Shown here in pieces: positions 1-8,814 of a stretch of DNA of 32,000 nt (position 1 is its first letter; each line of letters opens with the position of its first letter). The notes under the pieces were generated by a model. That model saw nothing but the letters and a program-made list of their open reading frames with translations. It was not told the DNA's origin and did no database searches. The stretch is taken from NCBI GenBank assembly GCA_963843975.1, contig CAWJMG010000003.1, positions 1,620,001 through 1,652,000 on the forward strand. The letters are read 5' to 3'. The DNA comes from an uncultured Actinomycetes bacterium (GTDB taxonomy: Bacteria; Actinomycetota; Actinomycetes; S36-B12; CAIYMF01). The position numbers and the translations under genes were made by a program.

Positions 1-32
1 AGACCGGCGGGTGCGGTCGAAGGAGCGCCACA

Positions 33-410
33 TCAGCCCGTAGCGCCCTGCTCTCCGAGCAGGTCGACGAGCACGATCGCATGACTGGTCTCGAGGCGCC
101 TGGAGGCAGTGAGCAGCGTGACGTTCCTGCGCTTGGCGAGGGTACGCAGGTGGCGCACGGCTTCGATTCGTTCGGGATCCTCGAGCTCGGTCCGGTATCG
201 CTCGCGGAACTGTTCGAACAGTTCGGGGTCGTGTCCATACCAGGTGCGGAGTTCCACCGACGGGGCGACGGTCTTGCACCACTCGTCGAGATCCGCCCTC
301 ACGTGGGACAGGCCTCGAGGCCAGAGCCGGTCGACGAGCACCCTGGCGCCGTCGCCCCACACGCGCCCGTCGTAGGCGTGTCCCACTCGGATCTTGTGCG
401 GGTGTGACAT
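33..410 (-). CDS. DUF488 family protein
   Basis: ORF 33..431. Carries the DUF488-type motif ARVLVDRLWPRGLS..DEW.K..APS.ELR.WYGHDP. The internal ATG at 410 is preceded by GAGGAG (ctcctc at 418-423 on +) 7 nt upstream, so 410 is preferred over 431. Confidence 0.75.
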   Translation of the reverse strand: MSHPHKIRVGHAYDGRVWGDGARVLVDRLWPRGLSHVRADLDEWCKTVAPSVELRTWYGHDPELFEQFRERYRTELEDPERIEAVRHLRTLAKRRNVTLLTASRRLETSHAIVLVDLLGEQGATG

Positions 411-449
411 GCGCCGGCTCCTCTCGTGCACCTCAACGCACGAGCGGGG

Positions 450-1265
450 TCACGCGAGCCAGGCAGCAACCGCTACCAAGGCGAACATCGCGAGCTCGAC
501 CAGCCCGATGACCTTGGCTCGCGCGGGACGCCGCCCGACGAGGAACGCGCGGACGGCCAGTGCGGCGAACGGCACGACCAGGGCCCAGCCTTCGGGCAGC
601 CCCCACTTCGCGGCCAGTGCGACCGAGACCACCACCGACGAGACGGCGAACGCACGAGAGGCTCGTGCGTACCGCGGATCTCGTCGTTCGCGGATCAGTG
701 CCTTCACGTGCAGCGTCGAGCCGGCCAGCACCAGCCAGCAGACGACGGTGAGGACGGCGATCTGCGCGGGCACGGTGCCGGGCAGCGGCACCGTGCTCGC
801 GGCGGTGCTCACCGCCCACGTGACCGGGACGAGCAGTGCGCACTCCGTGACGACGACGAGGTCGTTGGCCAGGGCACGCTCGTTGTTGCGCCGTGCGTAG
901 CGGACGTTCACCGCGACGAGCGCGAAGAGCACCACCCCCACCCAGGCGAGCCACGGGAACCGGAGAAGCAGGAGTGCAGCGGGTACCGCGGCGAGGGCGG
1001 CCCACAGCACGAAGGGGCGTCGGAATCGTTCGGGGCGGCGGTCGCGCAGCAGGCGCCCGCCCGCGTAGCTCGCGGGGTAGGCCGCGAACCACGCGACCGC
1101 GAGCACGACCGTCCACCACGATGGCGTCACAACCGTGCAGGCGAGCACGAGGGGCAGCGCCAGGAACGCCCACGCCCCGTGCTGTGGGGGCAGGACCGGT
1201 GCGCGTCGTCGAGCTGCCGGCCGCGGGGCCGTCGAGGTGCTCACTTGTGTTGCACCGGCTCCCAT
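450..1265 (-). CDS. YwiC-like family membrane protein
   Basis: This is the C-terminal 271 codons of track ORF 450..1970. It has the N-terminal PPQHGAWAFLALPLVLA motif typical of YwiC-like proteins and is multi-TM. It lies directly downstream of narI, as ywiC does in Bacillus. The start is ATG 1265, or GTG 1244 which forms a GTGA overlap with the narI stop. Confidence 0.7.
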   Translation of the reverse strand: MGAGATQVSTSTAPRPAARRRAPVLPPQHGAWAFLALPLVLACTVVTPSWWTVVLAVAWFAAYPASYAGGRLLRDRRPERFRRPFVLWAALAAVPAALLLLRFPWLAWVGVVLFALVAVNVRYARRNNERALANDLVVVTECALLVPVTWAVSTAASTVPLPGTVPAQIAVLTVVCWLVLAGSTLHVKALIRERRDPRYARASRAFAVSSVVVSVALAAKWGLPEGWALVVPFAALAVRAFLVGRRPARAKVIGLVELAMFALVAVAAWLA

Positions 1266-1993
1266 CCGCGGCGCGGCGCGCGCGCTGAGCCCTCGGGATC
1301 GCGGCTGCGGTAGACGAGGTAGGGGCGCGTGAGGTAACCGACCGGGGCGCTGAAGATGTGCACGAGCCTCGTGAACGGGATCAGCGCGAAGAGCAGCATC
1401 GCGAGCACCGCGTGGATCTGGAACGACGGCGGTGCGAGCACCATGCCGCTCGCGTCGGGGCTGAAGACGAACAGGCTGCGGAACCAGACGGCGACGGTCT
1501 CGCGGTAGTTGTAACCGCCCGGGTACTCGCCCGTCACGTTGAGCAGGTTGATCGCCACGGTGTTGTAGACCCCCAGCAGCACGACAGCTGCGAGCATCAC
1601 GTACATGAGCTTGTCCATGCGCGTCGTCACGGTGAAGACGCGGCCGACGGTGCGCCGGCGGTAGATCAGGATCGCAAGACCCACCACGACCATCACGGCG
1701 GCGATGACGCCGAACGTCACCGCGGCCACGTGGTAGAGGTGCTCGCTCACGCCTACCGCGCTGGTCCAGCCCTCGGGCACGACGAGGCCGAGGATGTGCC
1801 CGCCGAGAGCCATGAGGATGCCGAAGTGGAACAGCGGGCTGCCGATGCGCAGCAGCCGCGACTCGTACATCTGCGACGAACGCGTGGTCCAGCCGTACTG
1901 GTCGTAGCGGTAGCGCCAGAACATCCCGACCGCGAACGCGACCGTGGTGACATACGGCAGCACGACCCACAGGAGGGTCTGGGTGGCGGTCAT
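1241..1993 (-). CDS. narI: respiratory nitrate reductase gamma subunit (NarI, di-heme b)
   Basis: Starts MTATQTLLWVVLPYVTTVAFAVGMFWRYRYDQYGWTTRSSQ..SPLFHFGIL..GH, the classic NarI pattern, 250 aa. The ATG at 1993 overlaps the narJ stop (ATGA). The upstream part of track ORF 1241..2389 is non-coding read-through. Confidence 0.95.
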   Translation of the reverse strand: MTATQTLLWVVLPYVTTVAFAVGMFWRYRYDQYGWTTRSSQMYESRLLRIGSPLFHFGILMALGGHILGLVVPEGWTSAVGVSEHLYHVAAVTFGVIAAVMVVVGLAILIYRRRTVGRVFTVTTRMDKLMYVMLAAVVLLGVYNTVAINLLNVTGEYPGGYNYRETVAVWFRSLFVFSPDASGMVLAPPSFQIHAVLAMLLFALIPFTRLVHIFSAPVGYLTRPYLVYRSRDPEGSARAPRRGWEPVQHK

Positions 1994-2616
1994 GTCCGGG
2001 CTCCCACTCGCAGCGACTCGACGGGGATGAACGGGGTCAGTCCGACCATCTCGGTCGGAGGCCCGCTCGCAGCGAGCTCGGCCGCCTTCGGTCCGGCCAT
2101 GCCGGTGGGCACGACCGTCAGCAGGGCTGTGGCGACGTCGGCGTAGGGCGAGTCGAAGCCGTCGAGCGCGTGGTGCAGCAGCTCGAGCCCGGCCCTGTTG
2201 CGGCCGAGGATGCCGAGCGCGGCCTCGAGGTCGCCGACGGCACCGAACTCGAGCACCACAGGGAGGAAGTCCGGCAGCTCGCCGTCGTCGATCGTGAACC
2301 CGACGCTCTGATAGGCCTCCTTGAAGCCGACGAGCGCCATGCCACGACCGCGGGTGTCGCCGTTGAGGAAGTACGTGAGGTAGAGGCACGCCTTGCGACG
2401 ACGATCGAAGATCTCGACGTAGTGCTCCTGGGCGCGCAGCACGTCGGTCGAGTCCAGCCAGTCGAGGAACCGTCCGAGCGGGTCGCGGGCGTGCCCGGGG
2501 ATCTCGGCGAGGTGCTCACGGACCAGCGGGATGCGCTCGACCGTCGCCTGGTCGGGGTAGCTGAGCAGCAGCGAGCACGCGGCGAGCAGGCGGCGGGTCG
2601 CGGTCGGGTCGCTCAT
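1990..2616 (-). CDS. narJ: nitrate reductase molybdenum cofactor assembly chaperone (NarJ)
   Basis: 208 aa with LSYPD...HYVEIFD..R...LYLTYF..GDTR.RG motifs. Sits between narH and narI with 4-nt overlaps on both sides. Confidence 0.9.
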   Translation of the reverse strand: MSDPTATRRLLAACSLLLSYPDQATVERIPLVREHLAEIPGHARDPLGRFLDWLDSTDVLRAQEHYVEIFDRRRKACLYLTYFLNGDTRGRGMALVGFKEAYQSVGFTIDDGELPDFLPVVLEFGAVGDLEAALGILGRNRAGLELLHHALDGFDSPYADVATALLTVVPTGMAGPKAAELAASGPPTEMVGLTPFIPVESLRVGART

Positions 2617-4197
2617 CGCTCTCCCCCTGCTTCGGGCAGCGACCCGAAGGACTCGGCCTCGGCGCGCTGCTTGGTGAGGTGGAAGCTCTCGATCGACACG
2701 GGAATCGGGCCCTTGCCGTTGACCGAGGTGCCCTGCATGCCCGGGCCGCCCTCGTAGTCGAGCGAGCAGCCCGGCGACTCCTCGAGCGCCTCCGCCGCCT
2801 CGCGGTGGGCAGCAGGGATGACATAGCGGTGCTCGTACTTCGCGATCGCGAGCAGGCGGTACATCTCGTAGACCTCCTCGCCGGTGAGCCCCACCGCCTC
2901 GGCGATCGACTCGTCGGCGTCGCGGCCGAGGTTGATGTCGCGCATGTAGGCGCGCATCGCGGCGAGACGGCGCAGCACGCCGTCGACGACGGAGACGTCG
3001 CCGGCCGTCATGAGGTTGGCGAGGTAGCCGATCGGGATGCGCATGGCCTCGATCGCCGCGAACAGGTTGCCCTTGTCCTCGGCGTCGTGACCGGTGTTGG
3101 CCAACGCGTCGACCACGGGCGACAGCGGCGGGATGTACCAGACCATCGGCATGGTGCGGTACTCCGGGTGCAGCGGCAGCGCGAGGCGGTACTTCTTCGC
3201 GAGCGCGTAGACCGGGGACTTCTGCGCGGCCTCGATCCAGTCCTCGGCGATGCCGTCACGCCGGGCCAGCTCGATGACCTCGGGGTCGTTCGGGTCGAGC
3301 AGCAGGTCGAGCTGGGCCTCGTAGAGGTCCTGCTCGTTCTCCACCGACGCGGCGGCCATCACCTTGTCGGCGTCGTAGAGGAAGAGGCCGAGATAGCGGA
3401 GACGGCCGACGCACGTCTCCGAGCAGACCGTGGGCTGGCCGACCTCGATGCGCGGGTAGCACAGCGTGCACTTCTCGGCCTTGCCCGTGCGGTGGTTGAA
3501 GTAGACCTTCTTGTAGGGACAGCCCGACACGCACATGCGCCAGCCGCGGCACATGTCCTGGTCGACGAGCACGATGCCGTCCTCGGACCGCTTGTACATC
3601 GCACCCGACGGGCAGGAGGCCACGCACGACGGGTTGAGGCAGTGCTCACAGATGCGCGGGAGGTAGAACATGAAGGCTTTCTCGAACTCGAACGACACCT
3701 GGTCCTCGATGCCCTTGAGCATCGGGTCCTTGTGGCCGTTCTCGGCGGTGCCGCCGAGGTCGTCGTCCCAGTTCGCACCCCAGCGGATCTCCATGTCCTT
3801 GCCGGTGATCATCGACTTCGGCCGTGCCACGGGCACGGTGTCCATCGGCGGCGAGCTGATCAGCGTGTCGTAGTCGTAGGTCCACGGCTCGTAGTAGTCG
3901 TCGAGGCCGGGGAAGCTTGGGGTTGCTGAAGATCTGGGTCAGCCGGTGCCAGCGGCTGCCGCTGCGCAGGCGCAGCTTGCCGCGCTTGTTGAGGACCCAC
4001 CCGCCCTTCCACTGCTCCTGGTCCTCGTAGCGGCGCGGGTAGCCCTGACCGGGCCGCGTCTCGACGTTGTTGAACCAGACGTACTCGACGCCGCGCCTGT
4101 TGGTCCACGTCTGCTTGCACGTGACCGAGCAGGTGTGGCACCCGATGCACTTGTCGAGGTTCATCACCATGCCCACCTGGGCCATGACTCTCGTCAT
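2613..4197 (-). pseudogene. narH: respiratory nitrate reductase beta subunit (NarH), disrupted by a 1-nt insertion
   Basis: The N-terminal 96 codons are in one frame (4197 down to about 3910): MTRVMAQVGMVMNLDKCIGCHTCSVTCKQTWTNRRGVEYVWFNNVETRPGQGYP...QIFSNPKLP. The rest is in another frame (3908..2613): GLDDYYEPWTYDYD...CEHCLNPSCVASCPSGAMYKR..CRGWRMCVSGCPYKK..CTLCYPR. This is collinear with E. coli NarH. The junction reads aag ctt ccc C ggc ctc, with the G4 run at 3909-3912 on +. Total length is 1585 nt, which is 3n+1. Confidence 0.88.
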
Positions 4198-7100
4198 CAG
4201 TACTGAACCTCCTGCGAGCGGCGACGGATCGTGGTGACCTCGTCGCGCTGGTTGCCGGTGGGGCCGTAGTAGTTGAAGCCGTAGGACAGCTGGGCGTAGC
4301 CACCGATGAGGTGCGTCGGCTTGAGCAGCAGACGTGTCAGCGAGTTGTGGATGCCGCCGCGCTTCCCGGTCTTCTCGACCCGCGGTACGCCGATCGTCCG
4401 GTCCTTCGCGTGGTACATGTAGACGGTGCCCTCGGGCATCCGGTGCGACACGACCGCGCGCGCGACGACGATGCCGTTGCGGTTGTGCGCCTCGATCCAG
4501 TCGTTGTCCTTGACGCCGATCTTCTCGGCGTCCTCCTTGCTCATCCAGATGTCCGGGCCGCCGCGCGAGAGCGCCAGCATGAACAGGTTGTCCTGATACT
4601 CCGAGTGGATCGACCACTTCGAGTGCGGCGTGAGGTAGCGCACCACCACGTGCGACTCGCCGTGCTCGCCGATCCGCGGGTAGCCCGCGAGCGCCGCGAG
4701 GTTGAGCGGCGGCCGATAGGTCGGGAAGCACTCGCCGACCTCGGCCATCCAGTCGTGGTCGAGGAAGAAGTGCTGCCGACCGGTGAGCGTGTGCCAGGGC
4801 TTCCCGCGTTCGACGTTGATGGTGAACGGGGAGTAGCGGCGTCCGCCGTGCTCGCTGCCGGACCACTCCCACGACGTGATGACCGACTGCGGCCGGCTCT
4901 GCGTGTCGGCGAAGGTGATCTGCTTGCCCTCGTGCTCGCGCGCGAGGTCCGCGAGCTCCACGCCGGTGCGCCTCTCGAGCTGCTCGAAGCCCGCGACGGC
5001 GATCGCGCCGTTGGAGACGCCGGACAGCGTCAGGATCGCTTCGCACGCCTGCTCCGCCGTCCGCAGCAGCGGCCGACCGTCGGCGACGCCGCCACGCGCG
5101 ACGCCGTTGACCTTGCGCAGGTGCTCCACGGAATCGGGCTGCTTCAGCGTGACGCCCTTGACCACCGTGCCCAGGGTCTCGACGTTCGGGCCGAGCGCCG
5201 TCATCATCGCCGCGATCTCGCCGTAGTTGCGCTGCACCACCGCGAGGTTCGGCATCGTCTTGCCGGGGATCGGCTCGCACTCCCCCGCGCGCCAGTCCAG
5301 CACCCGGCCGCCCGGCTGACCGATCTCGGTCGGGGTGTCGTGGGTCAGCGGCGTCGCGACGACGTCGGTCTGGATGCCGAGGCGCGGCCCGGCCATCTCG
5401 CTGAAGACCTCGGCGAGCCGGGTGAACGTGTCGTAGTCGCTGCGCGCCTGCCACGGCGGCGCGATCGCCGCGTTGAACGCATGGATGTAGGGGTGCATGT
5501 CGGTGGAGGCGATGTCGTACTTCTCGTACCACGTCGCCGCCGGCAGCAGCACGTCGCTGAACAAGCCCGTGCTCGTCATCCGGAAGTCCAGCGACACCAA
5601 CAGGTCGAGCTTTCCGACCGGTGCTTCCTCACGCCAGGTCACGTCCTTGGGACGCAGGCCCTCCGGCGTCTCCACGTTGTCGATCGCCCCGTCGGCGCCG
5701 AGCAGGTGGTGCAGGAAGTACTCGTTGCCCTTGCCCGACGAGCCGAGCAGGTTCGCCCGCCACACGGTGAGCACGCGCGGGAAGTTCTCCGGCGCGTCCG
5801 GGTCCTCCACCGCGAACTTCAGCCGGCCGGCCTTGAGCTCGGACACGACGTAGTCCGCCGGCGACATCCCGGCCTTCTCGGCATCAGCGGCCAACGTGAG
5901 GGGGTTGCGGTCGAACGTCGGCGATCCCGGCGTCCACCCCATCCGCACGGCCTGCGCGAGGGTGTCGGCGAACGACTGACCGGCGAAGATGCCGGTCCCG
6001 AGCGGGGTCGCGACGTCCTCGGCACCGAACGCGTCGTAGCGCCACTGGTCGGTGTGCAGGTACCAGTACGACGTGCCCGCCATCTGACGCGGCGGCCGCA
6101 CCCAGTCCAGGCCGAAGGCCAGCTGCGCCCATCCGGTGAACGGTCGCGCCTTCTCCTGCCCGACGTAATGCGCCCAGCCACCGCCGTTCTTGCCCTGGCA
6201 GCCGGTGAGCACCACCAGCGCGATGATCGCGCGGTAGGTCGCGTCGGAGTGGTACCAGTGGTTCGTCCCGGCGCCGAGCGTGATCAGCGACCGCCCGTTC
6301 GACTCCTCCGCGTTGGCCGCGAACTCGCGCGCGATGCGCGTGACGGTCTCGGCCGGGACGGAGGTGATCTCCTCCTGCCACGCCGGCGTGTAGAGGCTCG
6401 ACGCGTCGTCGTAGCCACCGGCCCACTCGCCGGGGAGGCCGTCACGGCCGACGCCGTACTGCGCGAGAAGCAGGTCGTAGACCGTCGTCACGATGCGGTC
6501 GCCGACGCGACGGACCGGCACACCGCGACGGATGATCGAGCCCTGCTCGCTGCCCGCGTCCCCGACGTCGAAGCGCGGCATGTCGACCGCGACCGACTCG
6601 CCAGCCGGGTCGTAGAGCGACAGCACCGGCTCGATGCCGTCGAGGTTGAGGTTCCACTTGCCCATGCCGGACTCGTTGTGGCGGAAGCCGATCGAGCCGT
6701 GCGGGATGACCGGCTCGTTGGTCCGGCCGTCCATCATCGCGGGCTTCCACTCGGCCGCGTCCTCCTCGAGGCCGAGGTCGGCCGCAGTCACGAAGCGGTC
6801 GGGGACCCAGGCGTCCTCGCGCTGACGCAAGGAGATGAGGAACGGCAGGTCGGTGAGGCGCTTGGCGTAGTCGACGAACATCGGCACCTGCCGGTCGACG
6901 TAGAACTCCTTGAGCACCACGTGGCCCATGGCCATCGCCAGCGCCCCGTCGGTCCCTGGCGCTGCGGGCATCCACTCGTCGGCGAACTTCGTGTTGTCGG
7001 CGTAGTCCGGACTCACCGTGACGACCTTCTGGCCCTTGTAGCGCGCCTCGGTCATGAAGTGGGCGTCGGGCGTTCGCGTCGTGGGGATGTTCGAGCCCCA

Positions 7101-7889
7101 CATGATGAGGTAGCTCGCGTTCCACCAGTCGGCCGACTCGGGGACGTCGGTCTGGTCGCCCCAGATCTGCGGCGACGCGATCGGCAGGTCGGCGTACCAG
7201 TCGTAGAACGACAGCATCGTGCCACCGAGCAGCGAGGTGTAGCGCGCGCCGGACGCATGCGACGCCATCGACATCGCGGGGATCGGCGAGAAGCCGGCCA
7301 CGCGGTCGGGGCCGAACTTCGCGATGGTGTGCACCTGAGCAGCAGCGACGATCTCGAGCGCCTCGTCCCAGGTCGCGCGCACGAGGCCGCCCCGTCCGCG
7401 CTGGGAGTGGTAGCGACGCCGCGCGTCCTCGTCGTCGGCGATCGTGGCCCACGCCTTGACGGGGTCGCCATCGTTCGCGGCCTTGGCCGCGCGGTACATC
7501 TCGAGCAGGACTCCGCGCACGTACGGGTAGCGCACCCGCGTCGGCGAGTAGGTGTACCAGCTGAACGCAGCACCACGAGGGCAGCCACGGGGCTCGTACT
7601 CCGGGGAGTCCGGACCCACCGACGGGTAGTCCGTCTGCTGGGTCTCCCAGGTGATGATCCCGTCCTTGACGTAGACCTTCCAGGAGCAGGATCCGGTGCA
7701 GTTCACCCCGTGCGTCGAGCGCACGATCTTGTCGTGCGACCACCGGTCCCGGTAGAAGACATCGCCCTCACGACCACCCACCTCGTGCACCGCCCGGTGG
7801 TCGGGCGACACATCGGAACGGGTGAGGAACGAGCGGGCCGAGATGAGTCCGTCGACGATCGGGTCGTCGATGCGAGGCGCGGGGTTCAC
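4197..7889 (-). CDS. narG: respiratory nitrate reductase alpha subunit (NarG)
   Basis: 1230 aa. Has the N-terminal signature RWSHDKIVRSTHGVNCTGSCSWKVYVKDGIITWETQQTDYP and molybdopterin oxidoreductase domains throughout. The GTG start at 7889 overlaps the upstream regulator stop (GTGA). Its stop shares 1 nt with the narH ATG (TGATG). Confidence 0.97.
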   Translation of the reverse strand: MNPAPRIDDPIVDGLISARSFLTRSDVSPDHRAVHEVGGREGDVFYRDRWSHDKIVRSTHGVNCTGSCSWKVYVKDGIITWETQQTDYPSVGPDSPEYEPRGCPRGAAFSWYTYSPTRVRYPYVRGVLLEMYRAAKAANDGDPVKAWATIADDEDARRRYHSQRGRGGLVRATWDEALEIVAAAQVHTIAKFGPDRVAGFSPIPAMSMASHASGARYTSLLGGTMLSFYDWYADLPIASPQIWGDQTDVPESADWWNASYLIMWGSNIPTTRTPDAHFMTEARYKGQKVVTVSPDYADNTKFADEWMPAAPGTDGALAMAMGHVVLKEFYVDRQVPMFVDYAKRLTDLPFLISLRQREDAWVPDRFVTAADLGLEEDAAEWKPAMMDGRTNEPVIPHGSIGFRHNESGMGKWNLNLDGIEPVLSLYDPAGESVAVDMPRFDVGDAGSEQGSIIRRGVPVRRVGDRIVTTVYDLLLAQYGVGRDGLPGEWAGGYDDASSLYTPAWQEEITSVPAETVTRIAREFAANAEESNGRSLITLGAGTNHWYHSDATYRAIIALVVLTGCQGKNGGGWAHYVGQEKARPFTGWAQLAFGLDWVRPPRQMAGTSYWYLHTDQWRYDAFGAEDVATPLGTGIFAGQSFADTLAQAVRMGWTPGSPTFDRNPLTLAADAEKAGMSPADYVVSELKAGRLKFAVEDPDAPENFPRVLTVWRANLLGSSGKGNEYFLHHLLGADGAIDNVETPEGLRPKDVTWREEAPVGKLDLLVSLDFRMTSTGLFSDVLLPAATWYEKYDIASTDMHPYIHAFNAAIAPPWQARSDYDTFTRLAEVFSEMAGPRLGIQTDVVATPLTHDTPTEIGQPGGRVLDWRAGECEPIPGKTMPNLAVVQRNYGEIAAMMTALGPNVETLGTVVKGVTLKQPDSVEHLRKVNGVARGGVADGRPLLRTAEQACEAILTLSGVSNGAIAVAGFEQLERRTGVELADLAREHEGKQITFADTQSRPQSVITSWEWSGSEHGGRRYSPFTINVERGKPWHTLTGRQHFFLDHDWMAEVGECFPTYRPPLNLAALAGYPRIGEHGESHVVVRYLTPHSKWSIHSEYQDNLFMLALSRGGPDIWMSKEDAEKIGVKDNDWIEAHNRNGIVVARAVVSHRMPEGTVYMYHAKDRTIGVPRVEKTGKRGGIHNSLTRLLLKPTHLIGGYAQLSYGFNYYGPTGNQRDEVTTIRRRSQEVQY

Positions 7890-8620
7890 GTCACTGCTCC
7901 CAAGGTCGGTGGTGCGTCCTGCGCTGTGGACGGCTCAGGGGCCGGGCGCAGGTCGGGGCGGTTCAGGTGGGCGACACACAAGTCATCCTTGACGAAGGTG
8001 TCGAGCCGGCGCAGGGTCACACCGGAATCGAGTTCGCCGAAGAATCCGTCGAGCATGTCCTGGTGCAGCCGGCAGATCGCCCGGTCCTCACGGGCCAGAT
8101 CGGCGAACGGGCAATGCGACAGGTACAAGCGGTCGCCGAGGGGGTCGGTCGTCGTCTCGAAGCCGAGCACCTCGAGGCCCTCGACCGCCATCGTGACGCT
8201 GTCCTGCATGGTGACTGCGACACCGCCTGGCGCGACCTTCTCGCGCTGGCTGCGTGCCAGTCGGCGACCCGCCGCCACGCCCGGCGACGTACCGGGCTCC
8301 TCGCCCGCAATCCCCGCTGCGAGCTCCGCGGCCAACATGCGGTAAGGATCAGTCGGCTCACCATGCGAGGACGATTTGTAGAGCAGCTTCGGCCGTCCCG
8401 GGAGAGTCCGGTCCTCACGCACCGCCTCGACGCGCCCCATATCAGCCAGCAGCGCGAGGTGGTAACGGGCGGTGTTCGCGTGCAGACCGGTACCGGAAGT
8501 GATCTCGGTGATGGTCAGGGGACGATCAGAGGCATCGAGCAGGTCGAGGACCCGGCGTCGAGAGGAGTCAGCCTGAGCGGGGCCACGCTCGCGTCGGGTG
8601 ACACGACTGGCGAACGCCAT
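7886..8620 (-). CDS. ArsR-like winged-HTH transcriptional regulator with Cys-containing C-terminal domain
   Basis: N-terminal wHTH: RRVLDLLDASDRPLTITEITSGTGLHANTARYHLALLADMGRVE. C-terminal segment: LSHCPFADLAREDRAICRLHQDML. The ATG at 8620 is preceded by GGAGG 5 nt upstream; the track's GTG 8626 is an alternative start. Translationally coupled to narG. Confidence 0.7.
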   Translation of the reverse strand: MAFASRVTRRERGPAQADSSRRRVLDLLDASDRPLTITEITSGTGLHANTARYHLALLADMGRVEAVREDRTLPGRPKLLYKSSSHGEPTDPYRMLAAELAAGIAGEEPGTSPGVAAGRRLARSQREKVAPGGVAVTMQDSVTMAVEGLEVLGFETTTDPLGDRLYLSHCPFADLAREDRAICRLHQDMLDGFFGELDSGVTLRRLDTFVKDDLCVAHLNRPDLRPAPEPSTAQDAPPTLGAVT

Positions 8621-8814
8621 GAGCACCTCCCCACATTGTTCACTGCACGTCAGTTTCTAACGAACAACTGGACTCTATGACACTTCGAACACGTCTGCCG
8701 CGGTGAGCAGATGTAAGACAGGTCACTAGTAAATACCATGTCTTGGTCTGGACTTGCCCCGGGCACGAGGTCCTACGGTGGCTGCGATCAGCAAATACCA
8801 ATCGAGGAGTTGCC

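Noticed and set aside
450-1970. Single 506-aa ORF
   Set aside because: Only the last ~271 codons look like a real (YwiC-like, hydrophobic) protein. The upstream 235 codons overlap narI in another frame and translate to Arg/Pro-rich nonsense.
3905-3915. Programmed +1 ribosomal frameshift in narH
   Set aside because: CCC-C can support tRNA-Pro slippage, but I know of no NarH with recoding. There is no stimulatory stop or rare codon: CGG is common in high-GC genomes. No conserved upstream SD-like stimulator was seen. It is kept only as a remote alternative within the narH finding.
3909-3918. Both frameshift sites lie next to 6-bp restriction-type palindromes (AAGCTT at 3913-3918, CTCGAG at 28784-28789), hinting at engineering
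   Set aside because: Two sites is too few to exclude coincidence. There are no vector-like or scar sequences nearby, and the flanking sequence is perfectly collinear with native homologues.
4311-8345. 1344-aa ORF on the + strand
   Set aside because: It lies entirely antisense to narG and the regulator, and its translation is Arg/Ala/Gly/Val-rich low-complexity sequence. This is a typical shadow ORF in ~70% GC DNA, and the opposite strand encodes an unmistakable NarG.
8740-8775. DosR/DevR-like box (tggtctggacttgccccggg) upstream of narK
   Set aside because: It shares only a GGAC(T) half-site with the TTSGGGACTWWAGTCCCSAA consensus, and there is no matching second half.
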